NCBI GenBank assembly: GCA_034530615.2 | Contig: JAVRCV020000075.1 | Coordinates: forward strand, 1-56,224 | Reading direction: 5' to 3' | Length of the DNA stretch: 56,224 nt | Source: Aulosira sp. ZfuVER01 | GTDB lineage: Bacteria; Cyanobacteriota; Cyanobacteriia; Cyanobacteriales; Nostocaceae | In this document: positions 29,440 to 40,487 of the stretch, in pieces | Position numbering within the stretch: position 1 is the first letter of the stretch | Layout of the letters: each line of letters begins with the position of its first letter | Notes under the pieces: generated by a model | The model's input: the letters and a program-made list of their open reading frames with translations, nothing else | Database searches by the model: none | Told to the model about the DNA's origin: nothing | Made by a program: the position numbers and the translations under genes

Positions 29440-31068
29440 TTATCTACTCGAATCATGGTCATATTCAATTTTGCCGTAGTCTAGTTTAACTATCCGATCT
29501 GCTAAATGAAAGTAGCGATCGTCGTGACTGATGACCAATACAGTTTTACCTTTATCTCTCAGTTCTGGTAGCAGCTGAGTGTAGAATATATCCTTGAATA
29601 ATGGGTCTTGATCCGCTGCCCATTCATCAAATAGATAAATTGGTCTATCTTCTAAATAAGCAGTTAGCAAAGCTAGCCGTTTACGCTGTCCTTGAGAAAG
29701 ATTGGTGGTAGAAAGTATGCCATTTTCTACTTTTACCTTATGCTCTAATTGAAGTTGATTGAGATATTTTTGAGCTTTAGTATCTAAGTCTGAATTTTCT
29801 AAGCTCAAAAGTTCCTCAAATAAATAGAAGTCAGAGAAAACCACAGAAAAATGCTGACGATACCATTCTCTATTCTTGTCAGTAATTGGCTCTCCATCTA
29901 ACAGAATTTCTCCATTTTCAGGGATGTAGAGTCCAGTAATTAGTTTGGCTAAGGTAGATTTACCACTACCATTGCCACCCACAATAAATACCAGTTCTTG
30001 GCGAAATAATTTCAAGTCAATAGGGCCAAGAATAAAGTTATTATCTTCTTGCTCTTGATAATAATTATGGGTAACACCCCTTAGTTGTAAGCTCTGCCAA
30101 GAAGCTTTTACAGTAGGAGAGATAGTTGATGTTTCTCCTCGACTAGCTAGAGATAAGTTTAAAGACTCTATCTTTTGTAAAGCTACATTAGCTCTAATAA
30201 TTTGAGGCAGATTATTAACTATATTGTCCATCGGCAACATCAAATAAGTGAAAGTTAAGATGAAGCCAGAGAGAGTTTGAGGACTAATGCTAATCAAATT
30301 AGGCAACGCGAATAACAAAAAACCAACCGCAAAAAAAAATATAAATCTGCCCCAGCTAGTAGTAGCGGCGAACAGAGTCAATCCTTGAACATTGTGATTA
30401 CGGTATCTAACAGCAGTTGATTTTAGTTGTTTTTCTAAAAATACTTGACGGCGTTGATAGTTGAGTTTGAGTTCTTTGACGCCTTCGGTAACGGTGCGAA
30501 AATGCTTAAAAAGCACATCTTGATCTTCACGCGCTAAAGCAAGTAATTTCCCTCCTCCTTGTAACAGCCATTGGCAACTAGCAACTGCTACCACCATTAA
30601 TCCTAAAACCATCAACAATACAAACCAAGAAAGCCAAGTTATATACACTAAGCAACCAACAACCATTGCCAAATCAATGCATAAGAAAGGAATGAGATAT
30701 ACAGAATGAGCAACAGCTTGCACATCTTCTGTTAAGGTTGCCAATATGCGAGGATTTCCCAATTTTTCCAGATGGCTTAATTCGGAAGCAAGTATTTGAT
30801 GGCTCAAGCTCATCCGTAATTGCAAGATGGCATTCTGAGACAGACGAACTAACATTACCTGAGAAATTATGCTGGTAATGATTGCAACTATTACCAATCC
30901 CACAAAACCCCACGCTATCGATGTCAGGGGTGACTGGTTACTATGATTTGCCGCAGTACTAATCAGAGCAATTAGTCCCGCACTACTACCACCACTCAGG
31001 AATCCGGTGACGATCGCGATCGCCACCATCCCCCATGAAGAACGTAAAAGGAAGTAAATCAGATTCAT
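29440..31068 (-). CDS. Cyclic-peptide export ABC transporter (PvdE/SyrD/YojI family)
   Basis: GVKELKL, GGNGSGKST, LSQGQRKRLAL, FDEWAADQDP. Confidence 0.93.
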   Translation of the reverse strand: MNLIYFLLRSSWGMVAIAIVTGFLSGGSSAGLIALISTAANHSNQSPLTSIAWGFVGLVIVAIITSIISQVMLVRLSQNAILQLRMSLSHQILASELSHLEKLGNPRILATLTEDVQAVAHSVYLIPFLCIDLAMVVGCLVYITWLSWFVLLMVLGLMVVAVASCQWLLQGGGKLLALAREDQDVLFKHFRTVTEGVKELKLNYQRRQVFLEKQLKSTAVRYRNHNVQGLTLFAATTSWGRFIFFFAVGFLLFALPNLISISPQTLSGFILTFTYLMLPMDNIVNNLPQIIRANVALQKIESLNLSLASRGETSTISPTVKASWQSLQLRGVTHNYYQEQEDNNFILGPIDLKLFRQELVFIVGGNGSGKSTLAKLITGLYIPENGEILLDGEPITDKNREWYRQHFSVVFSDFYLFEELLSLENSDLDTKAQKYLNQLQLEHKVKVENGILSTTNLSQGQRKRLALLTAYLEDRPIYLFDEWAADQDPLFKDIFYTQLLPELRDKGKTVLVISHDDRYFHLADRIVKLDYGKIEYDHDSSR

Positions 31069-31331
31069 GAAAATATCATCAGCAGTTTCTGGATTGCGTT
31101 CTCCTAGGGGGAAAAACGAAATTTCTCACTTTAACCCCTCATTATCTCATTCTATAAGTAGGATTTATCAGTTTTTGAGCCAACAAAGGCAATGGTCAAG
31201 AGTCAATAGGCAATAGTAAATTCACCTTCGTCATTTCTTCCCTGGCTCCCTTGTCCCCCTATTCCCCCTCAATCTCTATTTTGTCAAACTCAGATTTCAG
31301 GTAAGCTAACAATCTGTGTAGGAGATATCAC

Positions 31332-32507
31332 GTGGGGTTTACTTCATTCTTCAACTCTCAGATTCCAATCATTGAGTTACTGCTATTAATACTTTGCCTA
31401 TCAGCTATCTTTTTTTACTGCTACAGCATATATGCAGCGATCGCTTTTTTTAGTCAACTCCATACTATAGATCCAGAGTTCCATCCACCAATTACCATCC
31501 TCAAGCCGATTTGTGGAGTGGATCGGGATGCTGAACAAAACTTAGCTTCTTTTTGTCAACAAGATTATCCAGAGTATCAGATTATCTTTGCCGTGCGCGA
31601 TCGCGAAGACCCTGGTATAGAAGTTGTCAAAAAAATCATCCAGCAGTTTCCTGATGTAGATATTCATTTAGTGGTGAGCGATCGCATCATTGGCGCTAAT
31701 CTAAAAGTGAGTAATTTGGCGAACGCTGTCACTGCTGCTAAATACGAAATTATATTGATAGCCGATAGTGATATTCGCGTCGGTAAAGACTATTTGCAAC
31801 GAGTCATTCAGCCTTTTCAAGAAGAGAAAGTAGGTGTAGTGACTTGTTTGTATCGTTCTTTAGCCGAAGGATGGGTAACAATCTTAGAAGCAATTGGCAC
31901 AGCTTGTGATTTTCATCCTGGTGTTTTAGTCAGCAATCAAATGGAAGGTATAAGATTTGCCTTTGGTTCTACCATTGTCATCCGCAAACAAGCGCTAGAA
32001 GCCATAGGTGGATTTGCGGCTATTGCTGATTATCTAGCAGATGACTTTCAACTCGGCTATTTACCAGCCCAAGCAGGTTACAAGGTAGTGCTATCTAATT
32101 ACATAGTCGATCATATATTAGCTAGCAGCACATTAGCTGAAGCCATCCAGCGCCAAATCCGTTGGGCACGTTGTATCCGTGTTTCTCGTCCTTGGGGTTA
32201 TGTCGGACTGCTGTTTACCTACGGTACAGTTACTAGTTTACTTTTGGCGATCGCTACAGGTGGATCAATATTAGGCTGGACTGTACTGACTATTACCTGG
32301 GTGATGCGTTTGCTTATGGGTTGGATCGTTGCCGTGAAAATGCTGAATGACCAAGTAGCTAAAAAATATTTTTGGGTAATTCCTGCACGCGATTTATTCC
32401 ACTTTGCCATTTGGTGTAGTGGCTTTGTACGAAGCACAATTGTATGGCGAGGACAACAATTTAAATTGATTAAATATGGTAAGTTGACAGCAGATTTGGC
32501 ACAATAA
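31332..32507 (+). CDS. hpnI: Hopanoid biosynthesis glycosyltransferase HpnI (GT21/GT2)
   Basis: ILKPICG, QDYPEY, NLKVSNL, IADSD, LADDF, RQIRWAR. Confidence 0.85.
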   Translation: MGFTSFFNSQIPIIELLLLILCLSAIFFYCYSIYAAIAFFSQLHTIDPEFHPPITILKPICGVDRDAEQNLASFCQQDYPEYQIIFAVRDREDPGIEVVKKIIQQFPDVDIHLVVSDRIIGANLKVSNLANAVTAAKYEIILIADSDIRVGKDYLQRVIQPFQEEKVGVVTCLYRSLAEGWVTILEAIGTACDFHPGVLVSNQMEGIRFAFGSTIVIRKQALEAIGGFAAIADYLADDFQLGYLPAQAGYKVVLSNYIVDHILASSTLAEAIQRQIRWARCIRVSRPWGYVGLLFTYGTVTSLLLAIATGGSILGWTVLTITWVMRLLMGWIVAVKMLNDQVAKKYFWVIPARDLFHFAIWCSGFVRSTIVWRGQQFKLIKYGKLTADLAQ

Positions 32508-32647
32508 CGATCAAATTACTGCTTCATCACATTAGTTTCCCTGGGTGAATTAACTTTTCAATTCCTCTTCTTTCTCTCTTCCTTCGTGTACTTTGCGTAC
32601 TTTGCGGTTCGTTCTCTTACCCTTAATTTTGTAAATTAGAGATGACT

Positions 32648-33898
32648 CTAATTACTATTTTTTACTTGTGTAATTGGAAGCCCAATCTCGATTTTGGTAC
32701 CCTGGTCTACAATGGAAGCACATTTGATATAGCCACCATGTTGCTCAACGATAATTTGATGGCTGATAGATAAACCTAAACCAGTTCCTTGACCAACAGG
32801 TTTAGTCGTAAAAAAAGGTTGGAAAATGCTCTGGCGAATATCTTCACTCATACCACAACCATTATCAGCGATTGAAATAGCAATTTGATTGTCTTGAGAA
32901 TGAAATGTCCTAATCCAAATAGTTGGTGTTTCATCTGTAGTTGAACCGAAATTAGCTGCTTTTTTAAGCAATGCATCAATGGCATTATTAATTAAATTTA
33001 GAAATACTTGATTTAAAAAACGAGGATTACAAAAAATCTGCGGAATGTTACCATACTCTTTAATCACTGAAATAGGTTTGCTATCACCAGCATAAAAATT
33101 AAGCCGATGCTGCAAAATGACGAGTGTACTATCAATACCCTCGTGGATGTCAGCTTTTTTATAGTCAGTTTCGTTCAACCGGGAAAAATTTGAGAGCGAT
33201 TGGACAATCTCGCTAATCCGAATTGTGCCAATTTGTATAGATTTCAGAAGTTTTGGCAAATCTTTTTGGATAAACTTCAGGTCGCTCTTTGCAAGAGCAT
33301 TAACGACTTTGACATCTGGATTTGGATACACAGAAGCATAAGTTGCCAGAAGATTTAGTAAATCATGGCTATACTGATGAAGATATTCTAAATTGCCATG
33401 AATAAAACTTACTGGATTATTAATTTCGTGGGCAACCCCAGCAACCATTTTTCCCAACGCTAACATAGTTTCGCGTTGAATTAATTGCATTTGAGCTTGT
33501 TGAGTTTCTTGTAATTTAAATAAAGCTGACTCAGCATTTTCTTTTGCTGTGCGATATTTTTCCTTTACTAAAAACAGTCGTTGCAAAGTTTGGTAATAGG
33601 TAGTAACGCTGAAAAAGACGAATAATGCACCAAAAAAGAAAACCATGCCTGTGAGCAATGGTATCCATTCAATCAGTTTGGCTACTGTTAAATATATGCA
33701 TAACGAATAACCACCCAGAAAAAAAATCATCAGTAACAACATGATGCGCCAGCTCAGTTTATCTGGTTCTGTCTGGAATAATTTCAGAATTTTGTGAGTC
33801 CTGAGAATGGATAATCCCATTATCCCAGCCCCAAGAGTAATCAGGGTGACAATGAAAAACAGAACAATTGAAGAACTTAGCATCAGTAAATAGCACAA
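32648..33898 (-). CDS. Membrane sensor histidine kinase (NtrB-like)
   Basis: Three TM helices, GVAHEINNP, NLINNAIDA, PFFTTKPVGQGTGLGL. Confidence 0.93.
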   Translation of the reverse strand: MCYLLMLSSSIVLFFIVTLITLGAGIMGLSILRTHKILKLFQTEPDKLSWRIMLLLMIFFLGGYSLCIYLTVAKLIEWIPLLTGMVFFFGALFVFFSVTTYYQTLQRLFLVKEKYRTAKENAESALFKLQETQQAQMQLIQRETMLALGKMVAGVAHEINNPVSFIHGNLEYLHQYSHDLLNLLATYASVYPNPDVKVVNALAKSDLKFIQKDLPKLLKSIQIGTIRISEIVQSLSNFSRLNETDYKKADIHEGIDSTLVILQHRLNFYAGDSKPISVIKEYGNIPQIFCNPRFLNQVFLNLINNAIDALLKKAANFGSTTDETPTIWIRTFHSQDNQIAISIADNGCGMSEDIRQSIFQPFFTTKPVGQGTGLGLSISHQIIVEQHGGYIKCASIVDQGTKIEIGLPITQVKNSN

Positions 33899-34126
33899 AT
33901 TCCCATCTTATAAATTCATTATGTGCTATTTCATACCTTATTGTTGGTAGGAACAAACGGATATTTTGTACCTACACGCTAGAAGGGTGAGTCTATACGA
34001 ACAAAGCCTGCCAAAGCAGGCTAAAATTTATGATTTTTCGTGTTTTTTATGGAAACTTACACTAACAATCAGCAATTTATGAATTTCCACTACAGTTTGC
34101 AGTTTTGCGTAAGTCCTATGTAATTA

Positions 34127-35143
34127 CTAAATCGAATAAGTCAAAGGGAAAGACTTTGCATCCTTGGGCTTGACATACACGCGCTGATCTGGTTCTAACT
34201 GTAATTCTTTATAGCGATCGCGTGTTAAATGCGCCATCACTACTTGCCCTTCATCTAAACTTAATTCTACTTGAACTTCCCAACCCAAATGTATAACTCG
34301 GCTAACCTTAGCCGGTGTAGTAGCACCATTAGCAGATGTCTCCACAATTACATCTTGTGGGCGCAAAAAGACTTCTGGATGTGGAACCTCAAACCCACTG
34401 CTTTTGAAAATTCTGGAAGAACTAGGCAGAACATTAACGGGGCCAATAAAACTCATGACAAAGGAACTGGCAGGATGGTCATAAATTTGTTCTGGAGTTC
34501 CTACTTGTTCCACACGCCCTTGATTCATCACAACTACCTCATCAGAGACTTCCATTGCCTCTTCTTGGTCATGAGTAACAAAAACAGTGGTAACATGAAC
34601 TTCATCATGGAGCCGGCGTAACCATGCCCGTAAATCTTTGCGAACTTTAGCATCGAGTGCGCCAAAAGGTTCATCTAGCAGTAATACTTCTGGTTCTACT
34701 GCTAAGGCTCTAGCTAATGCTACCCGTTGTCTTTGACCACCCGAAAGTTGTGACGGATAGCGATCGCCCAGTCCATTCAATTGCACCAGTTCTAATAACT
34801 GTTCTACCCGTGCCTGAATTCTTTTTGCTGGTGCTTTGCGAATTTCTAAACCAAATGCAATATTTTGGCGCACAGTCCTATGCTTGAATAGAGCATAGTG
34901 TTGAAACACAAACCCAATATTTCGTTCCTGTACGCTTTGATAGGTGGCATCTTTCCCAGTCAGGAAAATCTTGCCACTATCTGGTAACTCCAAGCCAGAG
35001 ATTAAGCGGAGCAGCGTGGATTTTCCAGATCCCGATGGACCTAGCAAGGCAACAAGAGAACCACTCTTAATCTCCAAACTCACTCGATCGACAGCTTTGA
35101 AACTACCAAATTGTTTGGATACATTCTCAACTAATATGCCCAC
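34127..35143 (-). CDS. cysA: Sulfate/thiosulfate ABC transporter ATP-binding protein
   Basis: [43 protein letters not shown]. Confidence 0.92.
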   Translation of the reverse strand: MGILVENVSKQFGSFKAVDRVSLEIKSGSLVALLGPSGSGKSTLLRLISGLELPDSGKIFLTGKDATYQSVQERNIGFVFQHYALFKHRTVRQNIAFGLEIRKAPAKRIQARVEQLLELVQLNGLGDRYPSQLSGGQRQRVALARALAVEPEVLLLDEPFGALDAKVRKDLRAWLRRLHDEVHVTTVFVTHDQEEAMEVSDEVVVMNQGRVEQVGTPEQIYDHPASSFVMSFIGPVNVLPSSSRIFKSSGFEVPHPEVFLRPQDVIVETSANGATTPAKVSRVIHLGWEVQVELSLDEGQVVMAHLTRDRYKELQLEPDQRVYVKPKDAKSFPLTYSI

Positions 35144-35246
35144 TGCTGCTTTTCCCCTAAAATCTACGAATAATTGCTAGGATTACCGTAATTCATATAT
35201 ACCATAAGAGTATTGCTTGTGAACTAGTTAAATTAAAAAGATTTGC

Positions 35247-35771
35247 TTACCCACAGCTACCACAGTCAAGGAAGCTACAATCAGCACCACTACAATCCAG
35301 AGAACCACAATCAACAGCGCTACAATCCAAGGAACTACAATCAACAGCGTTACAATCAGGAGTCATATTAAGAAGTTCAGCGCAATTGCAGCTGACATCA
35401 GCACAGTCAATGCAGTCAGTACTATTACTACTGCTATAGGAAGATTTTTTTGCAGTGTTACCTAGCACTTTTTTAGGTGAATGCAGATTTGCTCCTTCCT
35501 CATCCTCAGTTGGTTCTGAGTTATCAGCTTGTGACCTTAAAATCTGGTTGGCTTGCTTGCAAGCTTGAAATCGCTTACGGGATTTAGTAAGTAATCCTTT
35601 AAATCCATCTTCAGCTATTACCCGCTTAATGTATTGAGAGCAAGATTCACCACCATGTAATACTCGGTGAGCACAAACAAAGCCTTTATGTGGAGAAATG
35701 TATTTTTGATATCCAGTAATTCCTACAACTCCAGCTTTTCTGCCAATAGAATCTAATAGTGAAATTTCCAT
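35247..35771 (-). CDS. YidD-like protein with Cys/Asp-rich C-terminal repeats
   Basis: YQKYISPHKGFVCAHR...SCSQY...RFQAC; tail of (xxxDC) repeats. Confidence 0.8.
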   Translation of the reverse strand: MEISLLDSIGRKAGVVGITGYQKYISPHKGFVCAHRVLHGGESCSQYIKRVIAEDGFKGLLTKSRKRFQACKQANQILRSQADNSEPTEDEEGANLHSPKKVLGNTAKKSSYSSSNSTDCIDCADVSCNCAELLNMTPDCNAVDCSSLDCSAVDCGSLDCSGADCSFLDCGSCG

Positions 35772-35963
35772 TATTTAGTATTTAATTTAACTTCAATTAG
35801 CTAGGTGAAGTTTTTGCACCAAGAGGTTAGGGGAGTCAGCCAAATTACCAGAATTGCAATCGCCAAGCGATTAAGATACTTATTCATTTGGGATAGTAGT
35901 TCTAGTTACCTTGCCTGAGTATGCCCAGAAATTTATAAAGCCTCACAAATGTTTGAAAACTCA

Positions 35964-36021
35964 GTAGGTGCGGGTTTATCAAGATCGTCGTTAACAGTTG
36001 AAGATGCCTGTAAACCCGTCC
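35964..36021. repeat. REP/REPIN-like inverted repeat
   Basis: GTAGGTGCGGGTTTA ... TAAACCCGTCC. Confidence 0.5.
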
Positions 36022-36237
36022 TTAATTTTAGTTAATCCTAGACTCAAGACTGAGTGATTTCACGCAATTTTTCATAGTCAGTGAGCAGTGACAAATGACC
36101 AATGACAAATCCATGTATTTCGTATCGAAATATTAAGGAATATTGCATTTCCCTCAAAACTCGCAGCAAGAGCGAGAAATGAGCCAAACGTCCGTGGTAC
36201 GATGCTTTCGGTAAATGTCAAGATTGGGAGAAAACCT

Positions 36238-37458
36238 TTGACACTACGGGTTGCTGTTGTTGGTTCGGGCCCAGCTGGTTCATCTGCCGCTGAAACACTG
36301 GCAAAAGCTGGGATTGAAACCTACCTAATTGAGCGGAAGCTGGATAATGCCAAGCCCTGCGGGGGTGCCATTCCCCTGTGTATGGTGAGTGAGTTTGACT
36401 TACCACCAGAGATTATCGATCGCCGGGTGCGAAAGATGAAAATGATATCACCCTCCAATCGGGAAGTTGATATCAATCTGATAAATGAAGAAGAATATAT
36501 AGGAATGTGCCGCCGTGAGGTGTTGGATGGTTTCTTAAGAGATCGTGCGGCAAAACTAGGCGCAACTTTAATTAATGCCACCGTTCATAAACTTGATATA
36601 CCCACCAACAATACCGACCCCTATACCATCCATTATGTAGACCATACAGAAGGGGGCGTACAGGGTATTGCCAAAACCTTGAAAGTGGATGTAGTCATCG
36701 GGGCTGATGGGGCTAATTCCCGGATTGCCAAAGAAATTGATGCTGGGGATTACAATTATGCGATCGCTTTCCAAGAGCGAATTCGTCTACCCGAAGACAA
36801 AATGGCGTATTACAACGACCTTGCCGAAATGTATGTTGGCAATGACGTTTCTACTGACTTCTATGCTTGGGTGTTCCCCAAATATGACCACGTAGCTGTG
36901 GGTACTGGCACAATGCAGGTTCATAAAGCCAGTATTAAACAGTTACAAGCCGGTATTCGCGCCCGTGCTAGCGAGAAGTTAGCAGGTGGACAAATCATCA
37001 AAGTAGAAGCACACCCCATCCCCGAACATCCCCGTCCCCGCCGCGTTGTCGGTAGAGTGGCTTTGGTAGGAGATGCGGCTGGTTACGTTACCAAGTCCTC
37101 TGGTGAAGGTATTTACTTTGCAGCTAAATCTGGCCGGATGTGTGCCGAAACAATTGTGGAAATATCCAACAACGGCAAATCAATCCCCACAGAAAACGAG
37201 CTTAAGGTTTATCTGAAGCGCTGGGATAGAAAATACGGACTTACCTACAAGGTATTGGACATTCTCCAAACTGTATTTTATCGTTCCGACGCGACCCGCG
37301 AAGCGTTCGTAGAAATGTGTGCTGATATGGATGTCCAAAAGCTCACATTCGACAGCTATCTGTATAAGACAGTTGTCCCCGCTAACCCTATCACTCAACT
37401 GAAAATTACTGCCAAGACCATTGGTAGTCTCATTCGTGGTAACGCCTTAGCTCCTTAA
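36238..37458 (+). CDS. chlP: Geranylgeranyl reductase
   Basis: LRVAVVGSGPAG, AKPCGGAIP, IGADGANS, GDAAGYVTKSSGEGIYFA; TTG start after GGGAG. Confidence 0.97.
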   Translation: MTLRVAVVGSGPAGSSAAETLAKAGIETYLIERKLDNAKPCGGAIPLCMVSEFDLPPEIIDRRVRKMKMISPSNREVDINLINEEEYIGMCRREVLDGFLRDRAAKLGATLINATVHKLDIPTNNTDPYTIHYVDHTEGGVQGIAKTLKVDVVIGADGANSRIAKEIDAGDYNYAIAFQERIRLPEDKMAYYNDLAEMYVGNDVSTDFYAWVFPKYDHVAVGTGTMQVHKASIKQLQAGIRARASEKLAGGQIIKVEAHPIPEHPRPRRVVGRVALVGDAAGYVTKSSGEGIYFAAKSGRMCAETIVEISNNGKSIPTENELKVYLKRWDRKYGLTYKVLDILQTVFYRSDATREAFVEMCADMDVQKLTFDSYLYKTVVPANPITQLKITAKTIGSLIRGNALAP

Positions 37459-37489
37459 GAGTATTTAGCGATAGCACCTTTGAGTCATA

Positions 37490-37572
37490 GCAGAGGAGAT
37501 AGGAAGCAGAAAATTCAACTTTTACAGGTGTAACTTGAGTATTTTGAATTTATTTGCTTCTTTCTCCTCTGC
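37490..37572. terminator. Long inverted repeat downstream of chlP
   Basis: GCAGAGGAGA..GAAGCA / TGCTTC..TCTCCTCTGC. Confidence 0.5.
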
Positions 37573-37868
37573 AATATCTCTACTTTATTGAGATTTCACA
37601 GTATTATTACTTATACTTTAAATTTAGCGTCAGTGAGCGACAGTGGCTTTTTACAAGGATTTTTCCGCCTATTTATCAATTATTTAACGTATAAGTACTC
37701 CAAATTTTTGTATAATTTGTTTATAAGTATATTTCATTTCATATAAATAATATAAAGCTTGTGTAAAGAATTTGTAAAGAGAAGGATAACTTCTTGGTTT
37801 ATCTCCGTGCATTTACTAAGGTAGACAGGTTCCCTAGTTAAAAACATCAGAGAGGAGTTGAAACCAAC

Positions 37869-38639
37869 ATGAAACTCAGTTTGGTTTTTGCCACTGCTCT
37901 ATCTAGTTGTGCAATGATTGCGGCTACAGCATTTGGGTTTTCCAGTCAAGCCCAAGCTTTTACAATTTCAGGTAAAGCAGTTGGTGCATGGTACAACCCG
38001 ATTCCAGACATCAAAAATAAATTTTGCTCAAATAACAATACCGATTGCAAATTCGTTACAGGTGTGGGGACAAAATCATTTAGCTGGGGTGAGCCAGCGA
38101 AAAACACGCCTCCCAATCAACCCAATCAACTTACATTTATTGGCAATTCCTTCTCAGCAAATGGTGACTCGTGGTTTAAGTTAGGTAATTTAGAATACTT
38201 CAATGGCACAATCTACGACGATACAAATATAGAATATGTAACTTTGAATCTCGATTTATCTTTTGGCGATAACAATCAGGTTAGTAAATCGTTACCAATA
38301 TCCTTTTATTTAGAAAATACAACCAACCTAATAACAGACAATATTAAAGACCCACGAAACGCAGACAGTATTTACATAAATACAGCGTTAGCTAAAACCA
38401 GTTTCCAATGGAATCAAGATTTATATGAATTTGAAATAATGGGCTTTAGCCAATCATCACCGGTAACAAGTCTCAGTGCCATTGAGTCAGAATCTCGAAA
38501 TGCTGGTCTTTATGCCAGAGTTACTTCAAGAAAAGCTGTTCCGGAACCATCAACTATTGCTGCTTCACTTCTAGCAGGAACGTACCTAATCTATCGCAAA
38601 AAGTTCTCCAAACTAACAGCTAAATCTTCATACAAATAA
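37869..38639 (+). CDS. PEP-CTERM sorted surface protein (choice-of-anchor K-like domain)
   Basis: GAGGAG RBS, signal peptide AQA, FSWGEP, YFNGTI, C-terminal VPEPSTIAASLLAG...RKK. Confidence 0.9.
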   Translation: MKLSLVFATALSSCAMIAATAFGFSSQAQAFTISGKAVGAWYNPIPDIKNKFCSNNNTDCKFVTGVGTKSFSWGEPAKNTPPNQPNQLTFIGNSFSANGDSWFKLGNLEYFNGTIYDDTNIEYVTLNLDLSFGDNNQVSKSLPISFYLENTTNLITDNIKDPRNADSIYINTALAKTSFQWNQDLYEFEIMGFSQSSPVTSLSAIESESRNAGLYARVTSRKAVPEPSTIAASLLAGTYLIYRKKFSKLTAKSSYK

Positions 38640-38710
38640 GTAGTGTTGATAGGGAAAAAGGAAATCCCTATACTTAGAATCAAAGAATTTGCAGAAGTAA
38701 GCATGGAAAC

Positions 38711-38869
38711 GGGTGCATCCCAATTTTTATTTTTCAATAAAATAATAAGATTTAAAACTCATTGAGAGGAACTTATACCAATTCAAAATTCAAAATTCAA
38801 AATTAAGAACCTATACAGGACGGGGGTTTGGGGCTATGTATCTGTTGCATTCTTTTTTCAAATTGGTAT
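38711..38869. mobile_element. Truncated MITE end followed by a second small element with ATACCAATT/AATTGGTAT ends and TTCAAAA heptamers
   Basis: 38711-38770 resembles the reverse complement of 12805-12864; IR at 38775 and 38869. Confidence 0.6.
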
Positions 38870-39231
38870 TAGGCGCGCAGTGGGGAAGCCGCGCGGTTTG
38901 AGGAGCTACTGTACCCCTGTTGCTTCTTTTTGCTTCAGATGAAAGCCAAAATTAAAGTATGGAAGCCAAGATCGGGTTGCACTGTGGAGGGTTTGGTAAT
39001 TTTTCTGTTAGTCTGATACGAAGAGTTAGACTACTAAAGTTGAGTGGCAAATAATTCTACAACTCCTTCTATATATAAGTTATAGTATTACTGGTTCGAT
39101 TTTTAACAGATATAAGCACTAAAACTTACTTAGGCCAGGCTACACAAATCAGGTAGCGATCGAGTTAGGATCTTGTCACACTTCTTTGTTTGAAAAGTCA
39201 TAGTCATATTCCAGAATTTTCTGGCTAAAAT

Positions 39232-39245
39232 AGTATATCTGTTCT
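39232..39245. promoter_or_regulatory. LexA box of recA
   Basis: AGTATATCTGTTCT, fits cyanobacterial RGTAC-N3-DGTWCB with one mismatch, 52 bp upstream of recA. Confidence 0.8.
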
Positions 39246-39297
39246 ACTCAGACTCCAATCCCAAACAATCCTTAAATCCATATATTTAGAGGCAGGA

Positions 39298-40374
39298 ATG
39301 GCTATCAATACTGATACATCTGGCAAGCAAAAAGCGCTGAACATTGTACTCAACCAAATTGAGCGCAGCTTTGGTAAGGGAGCAATCATGCGCCTGGGTG
39401 ATGCTACTCGGATGCGGGTAGAGACAATTTCCACTGGGGCACTCACCTTGGATTTAGCATTGGGTGGAGGTTTACCCAAGGGGCGGGTGATTGAGATTTA
39501 TGGGCCGGAAAGTTCCGGTAAAACAACAGTAGCACTGCACGCGATCGCGGAAGTGCAGAAAGAAGGTGGTATTGCTGCCTTTGTTGACGCTGAACACGCC
39601 CTTGACCCCACCTATGCCGCAGCATTAGGTGTAGATATTGAAAATCTGCTAGTTTCTCAACCTGATACAGGGGAAGCCGCCTTAGAAATTGTCGATCAGC
39701 TTGTTCGCTCTGCTGCTGTTGATATTGTAGTTATTGACTCAGTAGCAGCACTGGTTCCCCGTGCTGAAATAGAAGGCGATATGGGTGATGCTCACGTTGG
39801 TCTGCAAGCGCGGTTAATGAGCCAAGCTTTGCGTAAAATTACTGGCAATATTGGTAAATCTGGCTGCACAGTAATTTTTATTAACCAATTGCGGCAAAAA
39901 ATCGGTGTTACCTATGGCAGCCCAGAAACCACAACTGGTGGTAATGCCTTAAAATTTTACGCTTCGGTTCGCTTAGATATTCGTCGTATTCAAACCTTGA
40001 AAAAAGGGACAGATGAATTCGGTAATCGCGTTAAGGTTAAGGTAGCAAAAAATAAAGTAGCACCTCCCTTTAGAATTGCAGAATTTGACATTATTTTTGG
40101 CAAAGGAGTTTCTACTTTAGGTTGTCTTGTTGACCTAGCAGAAGAGACTGGCATCCTCATCCGTAAAGGTGCTTGGTATAGCTACAATGGCGATAATATT
40201 TCTCAAGGTCGGGATAATGCCATCAAATACCTAGAAGAAAAGGCAGAATTTGCTGCACAAATTAAGCAGTTGGTACGTGAAAAGTTAGATAAAGGAGCTG
40301 TTGTTTCTGCTAACTCTGTCGCCAAGGTCAGCGAAGAAGACGAAGAAGAAGTTGATTTAGAAGAAGAGGAATAA
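39298..40374 (+). CDS. recA: Recombinase RecA
   Basis: [49 protein letters not shown]. Confidence 0.99.
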   Translation: MAINTDTSGKQKALNIVLNQIERSFGKGAIMRLGDATRMRVETISTGALTLDLALGGGLPKGRVIEIYGPESSGKTTVALHAIAEVQKEGGIAAFVDAEHALDPTYAAALGVDIENLLVSQPDTGEAALEIVDQLVRSAAVDIVVIDSVAALVPRAEIEGDMGDAHVGLQARLMSQALRKITGNIGKSGCTVIFINQLRQKIGVTYGSPETTTGGNALKFYASVRLDIRRIQTLKKGTDEFGNRVKVKVAKNKVAPPFRIAEFDIIFGKGVSTLGCLVDLAEETGILIRKGAWYSYNGDNISQGRDNAIKYLEEKAEFAAQIKQLVREKLDKGAVVSANSVAKVSEEDEEEVDLEEEE

Positions 40375-40432
40375 AGGTAGAAAATATGGGATATATAGCA
40401 GATTTTGCTCTATACCCCATGCATCATAAAAT

Positions 40433-40475
40433 GATGAACTGGGACTCAGGAATTCAGTTATGAGTCCCAATTCAT
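40433..40475. terminator. Terminator hairpin between convergent recA and FHA genes
   Basis: ATGAACTGGGACTCA...TGAGTCCCAATTCAT followed by a T run. Confidence 0.65.
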
Positions 40476-40487
40476 TTTTCATTGAAT

